Under the pieces are notes generated by a model. The model saw only the letters and a list, made by a program, of their open reading frames with translations. It was not told the origin of the DNA and searched no databases. Of a stretch of DNA of 33,284 nucleotides, positions 29,004 to 33,284 are shown piece after piece. Both the position numbers and the translations under genes were made by a program. The DNA is from Promethearchaeota archaeon (lineage in GTDB: Archaea > Asgardarchaeota > Lokiarchaeia > Sigyniarchaeales > SOKP01): NCBI GenBank assembly GCA_048938895.1, contig JBHLLU010000044.1, positions 1-33,284 on the forward strand, read 5' to 3'. Position 1 is the stretch's first letter, and each line of letters begins with the position of its first letter.

Positions 29004-29501
29004 TTATTCAACCTCCTTTGGAATGTGTTTTTCAAAATTAGTTTCAATAAGAATTTTTTTAATCTCGTCAACAGGCGCAGTCTTAATTTCAGGAAGGCCT
29101 AATTTTTCTCTGCGGGATAAAATTGCTTTAGAATAAGGGATTGCCACTCCATTTTCTAAAACTGCTTGACCTTGGGCAAGAAAAGCTTCAGGTACATTTC
29201 CCTTCTCAAAACATAGGTTTTTAATTAGAGTGAAAATTTCAGTAAGTTCAACTTTTTGAGGACATAGCTCCACGCACTTCTGGCACGTAGAACATAACCA
29301 TGAATTCGGCTCTTGTTTTTCAATTAATTTATCTTGCAGACCCAGAATTGCTTCTTCAATAATCTTTCGGGGATTATACTTCCCACTCGTAATTAAAGCA
29401 ACAGGGCAGCCACCGCTACACGTGCTACATTGATAACAATAGCTCAATGAAGCATTGTGTTTTAATACTTCGTTTCGAAACTCAAAGTTAATTGCACTCA
29501 T
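29004..29501 (-). CDS. hdrC: Heterodisulfide reductase subunit C
   Basis: CYQCSTCSGGCP, WLCSTCQKCVELCP, RREKLGLP. Confidence 0.92.
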   Translation of the reverse strand: MSAINFEFRNEVLKHNASLSYCYQCSTCSGGCPVALITSGKYNPRKIIEEAILGLQDKLIEKQEPNSWLCSTCQKCVELCPQKVELTEIFTLIKNLCFEKGNVPEAFLAQGQAVLENGVAIPYSKAILSRREKLGLPEIKTAPVDEIKKILIETNFEKHIPKEVE

Positions 29502-29559
29502 TTTGACAAAAATTTCAAAATGTTATTTTATTCCATAGTTTTTGATGGTTAAGTAAATA

Positions 29560-29582
29560 TGATAAATTTTTTAAATTTATCA
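29560..29582. promoter_or_regulatory. Palindrome upstream of the hdr operon (putative operator)
   Basis: TGATAAATTT-N3-AAATTTATCA, perfect 10-bp arms, ~60 nt upstream of hdrC. Confidence 0.45.
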
Positions 29583-29839
29583 GAAAATTGATAAAGTTAA
29601 ACTTCCAAATCAAGTTATATTTTATTACAGCGATTTTAAATTTTTCAAGGGATATATTTTTCTTGTCCATTCTTATCATTTTGAGACACAATTTGACGTT
29701 CTATATCACAAATATGTGATTTTGATTAAATTCTATAATTGTCATGACGGAATCTGATAAATTTAATAGATAATTTGAATAATTGTGTTCCATTTTCCAA
29801 AATTAATGTTCAGATTTAAATATTATCAAATCTAATTAT

Positions 29840-30130
29840 ATGATGATGTGCCATAATTGCAATTGTGAGTTCTTTGATCGATGCTCCATCGTAGGATATA
29901 TGCCTGTTGGATTTTGTTGTGAAAAGTGTTATCTTCATAATGAGCATCATACATGTTTACATTCTGGAGGTAAAAGTGAAGAAGAAGATGAAGCAGGAGT
30001 CGAAGTCATTGAAGAAATTACATTAAAAGATACCAGCCTTGAAGGAGAGCTTTTGAAAATAGTTATATCACAGAAGGATGGTGAGGAAAAAACAATCTAT
30101 TTCGATTTAAAGAAGCATCTAAAATCGTGA
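29840..30130 (+). CDS. Small Cys/His-rich protein, putative metal-binding
   Basis: CHNCNC...C...CCEKC..H..HH.C.H, then an acidic linker and a short beta-rich C-terminus. Confidence 0.7.
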   Translation: MMMCHNCNCEFFDRCSIVGYMPVGFCCEKCYLHNEHHTCLHSGGKSEEEDEAGVEVIEEITLKDTSLEGELLKIVISQKDGEEKTIYFDLKKHLKS

Positions 30131-30302
30131 TGGGAATGCCTACTTTTTCTTAAACAAAAATAGTATTTTTCTTTAAATTTATCTATAAAAATTTTAAAAA
30201 ATCGAAATTTAATGTGATGAAAAAATAATTTAATAAACAATTTTTCACAATATTTACCTAGTTTATTTGGTTTGAGTATTAATTTAGTGGATTAGGTTAA
30301 AA

Positions 30303-30734
30303 TTGTCAAAAAAATTAGATTTATTGGATCTGAAAATAATAGAAGAATTGAAGAACAATAGTAGAATTTCATATAGCGATATCAGTCAGAAGATTGATAA
30401 AACAGAAGCAACAGTAAGAAGGCGTGTTAAAAAGTTATTAGAAGATGGGATTATAACTCGCTTTACTATCGATTTTAACATTGATTCAAAGCAAAGTATA
30501 AGTGCTACAATAAAAGCTGTCCCAGATTTTAAGGATATCAAGCGAATCCTAAAGGAGTTGAGAGATATAGAAGAAATTAAACATATTTGGCGATTATCTG
30601 GTGATTGTGGGCTTTTAATGAAGGTAGATATATCTTCTATAGATAAATTCAATCCACTAATCGAAGAAAAGATCTCTCAAATTCAAGGGATAAAAATTGT
30701 AGAGACATGCTTCATTACTGACATTATTAAGTAA
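30303..30734 (+). CDS. Lrp/AsnC family transcriptional regulator
   Basis: LDLLDLKIIEELKNNSRISYSDIS...TVRRRVKKL..DGII; RAM domain LSGDCGLLMKV. Confidence 0.93.
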   Translation: MSKKLDLLDLKIIEELKNNSRISYSDISQKIDKTEATVRRRVKKLLEDGIITRFTIDFNIDSKQSISATIKAVPDFKDIKRILKELRDIEEIKHIWRLSGDCGLLMKVDISSIDKFNPLIEEKISQIQGIKIVETCFITDIIK

Positions 30735-30807
30735 CATTAAACCATATTGCATTAATTTAAAAAATCTTAGTTAATTATATAATTAAGTTCGTTTATCTGG
30801 AAATTAG

Positions 30808-31344
30808 GTGTTAAAAATCGAACAGAAGATCGCTTTTAAGGTATGTGTGTTCGGTGATGGCGGAGTAGGTAAAACAACGTTAATCAGAAGATTTGCTACT
30901 GGAGTTTTCAAAGAAGATATAAAGATGACTATTGGAGCCGATTTTAGTGTTAAAAATGTTGATGTCGATGGAAGAACGGTAACCCTTCGGATTTGGGATT
31001 TTGCTGGAGAAGATCGTTTTAGAGTTCTTTTACCTGCTTTTGCGAAGGGAGCGGATGGTGGTATTTATATGTTCGATACTTCTCGATATTCTAGCCTTGG
31101 GCGAATAAGAGATTGGTTGTCAATATTTGAATATTTTAGTTCAGAAGAGAAAGGCAATATACCAATTATCATGGTTGGTGGTAAAACAGATCTTGAGGAT
31201 AAAAGATCAGTCACTTATGAAGAAGCTGAAAAATTATCCAATACTTTCGACTTAAATGGTTATTATGAATGTTCTTCTAAAACAGGGAATAATGTAGAAC
31301 TAATTTTCGAAAAGATAGCAAGAAAGATGGTTGAAAACGGCTGA
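30808..31344 (+). CDS. Rab-like small GTPase (Ras superfamily)
   Basis: FKVCVFGDGGVGKTT, TIGADF, IWDFAGEDRF, GGKTDL, ECSSK; no C-terminal prenylation motif. Confidence 0.92.
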   Translation: MLKIEQKIAFKVCVFGDGGVGKTTLIRRFATGVFKEDIKMTIGADFSVKNVDVDGRTVTLRIWDFAGEDRFRVLLPAFAKGADGGIYMFDTSRYSSLGRIRDWLSIFEYFSSEEKGNIPIIMVGGKTDLEDKRSVTYEEAEKLSNTFDLNGYYECSSKTGNNVELIFEKIARKMVENG

Positions 31345-31470
31345 TATTTTTTTAATATCTGTTTTTTTACACCTAGCTGATACCTCATAAAAATAATGAA
31401 AAGCTTTTTCTAAGAACTTGGTTTAAGAATTATAGATTAGTCTCATAATTGTTAGTTTGGGTAATGTTAT

Positions 31471-33284
31471 ATGATAAAAGATACTCGATTTACTAGAACT
31501 GAAGGAAGGGTTTTGATGCTCGGTAATGAAGCACTTGTGAGAGGATGTCTTGAAGCAGGGATTTCTTATGTTTCGCAATATCCAGGCACACCAACTAGTG
31601 ATATTGGAGAATATTTCCATCAAGTTATTAAGGATAATCCTGAGATAAACGAATATTTGGTACACCATTGGGCTGTAAATGAAGCAGTTGCCACTTCAGC
31701 TTGCGCGGGAGCTGCATGGACAGGATGTCGAAGTTTGAACCCGATGAAACATGTGGGCTTGAACGTTGCAAGTGATGCTTTGAGCGTAATTGCATTAAAT
31801 GGACCAAATCCCGGAGGGATGGTAATATCGGTTGGTTCCGATCCTGGTTCTCTAGGCTCCCACCAAGAACAAAATGAACGATTTTATGCTTGGATGCTTC
31901 ATGTTCCAACTATTGAACCACATACCCCCCAAGAATGTAAAGATTGGGTTAAACTTGCTTTTGAGCTCTCTGAGAAATTTGATTTAGTTATTAATATTCG
32001 TACTTCCACCAGAAGTGCTCACTCAAGAGGTTTTGTGGAACTCGGTCCATTAATACCCGGAAAAAAAAGGGGGGAATTCATAAGAAACATTCCTAAATTC
32101 AACTCCTTACCACCACATGCTATTAATAACCATATTCGGTTATATGAAAGAATTGAAAACCTAAGAGAAATCATTCCAAAATTAGGTTTAAATAAAATCA
32201 TTCATGGCAATAGTAGAGTAGGTATCATTACAAGCGGCATGTCTTTTGGATACACAATGGAAGCTTTAAATCAATTAGAATTAAATGATGTACCCATACT
32301 CAAACTTGGCATGATATATCCATTAAACTATAACCAAATTGTTAGCTTTTTACAAAATCTTGAGAAAGTTATTATAATCGAAGAATTAGAACCATTCCTT
32401 GAAGTGAAGATTGCTGAAATTGCTCACAAACATAAAATTCAAACCAAAATAGTTGGTAAAGACTTTTTTCCTAAGCATAATGAGTTTTCTACAGGATTAG
32501 TTGCAACAATATTAGCACAGATATTTAATAAAAAACCACGCAAAAATATTATTAAGGTTGTTGATTACTTCAATTCATATAAGGATCTTATCCCTAGTAG
32601 GTTCCCTACCTTTTGCGCGGGATGTCCAGAGAGAGCAACACTTTATTCAATATTAAAAGCTACAAATCAATTAGAAAATACAATTATAAGTGGTGATATA
32701 GGGTGTTATGTCATGTCATTCTTCCCACCTCAACAATGCTCTGATTTAGTCATATGTATGTCTGGAGGAATAAGTGCTGCAATTGGGATGGCAACAAAAA
32801 CAGATCAGAAGGTAATTGCTTTCATCGGTGACTCGACTTTCTTTCACAGTGGTATTTCTCCTTTAACTGAAGCGGTAGCTTATAACTCTGAAATACTTTT
32901 AATCATCTTTGAAAACTCTTGGACGGCAATGACTGGACATCAAGATGACGTACTTCGATTTCTTATCAATCAAGGATTTTCCATAGAAAAAATCTGTAAA
33001 TCTATAGGTGTTCCATGGCTACGAGTAGAAGATTCCTACCATCCTAAAAAGCTAACAAGTGCAATTGAAGAAGCATTAGAAACAAAAGGATTGAAAGTGA
33101 TCATCGTAAAACGAGAATGTGCATTACAAGCTCACAGGTGGAGGACGACTCAAATTAGAAATCTCCAAGAATCTGGTAAAAAAGTGCAGGAAATCTCATA
33201 TTATATCGGGGGTTGTTCATTATGCTATGAATGCGCTAGAATTTTAAGTTGTCCAGCGATTAGAAGGATTAAAACTGAAGGAAT
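31471..33284 (+). CDS. iorA: Indolepyruvate:ferredoxin oxidoreductase alpha subunit, partial (runs off window end)
   Basis: Not in ORF track. ATG 31471 MIKDTRF...MLGNEALVRG...YPGTPTSDI; NEAVA; MKHVGLNVASD; EELEP; CAGCP; GDIGCY; IGDSTFFHSG; AMTGHQ; CSLCYEC...CPAI. Confidence 0.92.
   Translation, partial: MIKDTRFTRTEGRVLMLGNEALVRGCLEAGISYVSQYPGTPTSDIGEYFHQVIKDNPEINEYLVHHWAVNEAVATSACAGAAWTGCRSLNPMKHVGLNVASDALSVIALNGPNPGGMVISVGSDPGSLGSHQEQNERFYAWMLHVPTIEPHTPQECKDWVKLAFELSEKFDLVINIRTSTRSAHSRGFVELGPLIPGKKRGEFIRNIPKFNSLPPHAINNHIRLYERIENLREIIPKLGLNKIIHGNSRVGIITSGMSFGYTMEALNQLELNDVPILKLGMIYPLNYNQIVSFLQNLEKVIIIEELEPFLEVKIAEIAHKHKIQTKIVGKDFFPKHNEFSTGLVATILAQIFNKKPRKNIIKVVDYFNSYKDLIPSRFPTFCAGCPERATLYSILKATNQLENTIISGDIGCYVMSFFPPQQCSDLVICMSGGISAAIGMATKTDQKVIAFIGDSTFFHSGISPLTEAVAYNSEILLIIFENSWTAMTGHQDDVLRFLINQGFSIEKICKSIGVPWLRVEDSYHPKKLTSAIEEALETKGLKVIIVKRECALQAHRWRTTQIRNLQESGKKVQEISYYIGGCSLCYECARILSCPAIRRIKTEG

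Noticed and set aside
31423-32201. Minus-strand ORFs 31423..31668, 31628..31909, 32019..32201
   Set aside because: Antisense to iorA, which the track missed because it lacks a stop within the window.
1-33284. CRISPR arrays, tRNA/rRNA, transposases, integrases
   Set aside because: No regularly spaced repeats, no GC-rich structural RNA-like segments and no recombinase motifs were seen by eye.

Overview
AT-rich archaeal window, most likely from an Asgard archaeon (Lokiarchaeia-like). This is an inference from the Rab-like GTPase, the TPR plus longin-like protein and the Hdr/Mvh genes. The core is a tightly packed 12.7 kb, 11-gene minus-strand cluster: hdrC, hdrB, frhB-like, split hdrA (432+565 aa), mvhD-HTH, fused hdrA (1008 aa), mvhD, flxC-, flxB- and flxA-like. 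It encodes a probable hydrogenase-free, F420/NAD(P)H-linked electron-bifurcating complex with a duplicated HdrA-MvhD module. To its left are a partial MaoC-like gene, a secreted beta-helix/Ig/PKD protein, a TPR-longin protein, a possible tandem-longin two-gene unit, a DUF362/EF-hand protein, an MFS transporter and a DRG-like GTPase. Also on the left is a ~2.2 kb block (PLP enzyme, Cys-rich peptide, RHH regulator) bracketed by a 49-bp direct repeat. To its right are a Cys/His-rich protein, an Lrp regulator, a Rab-like GTPase and a partial iorA. No rRNA, tRNA, CRISPR array or transposase was recognised. All assignments come from motif reading by eye; no searches were run.
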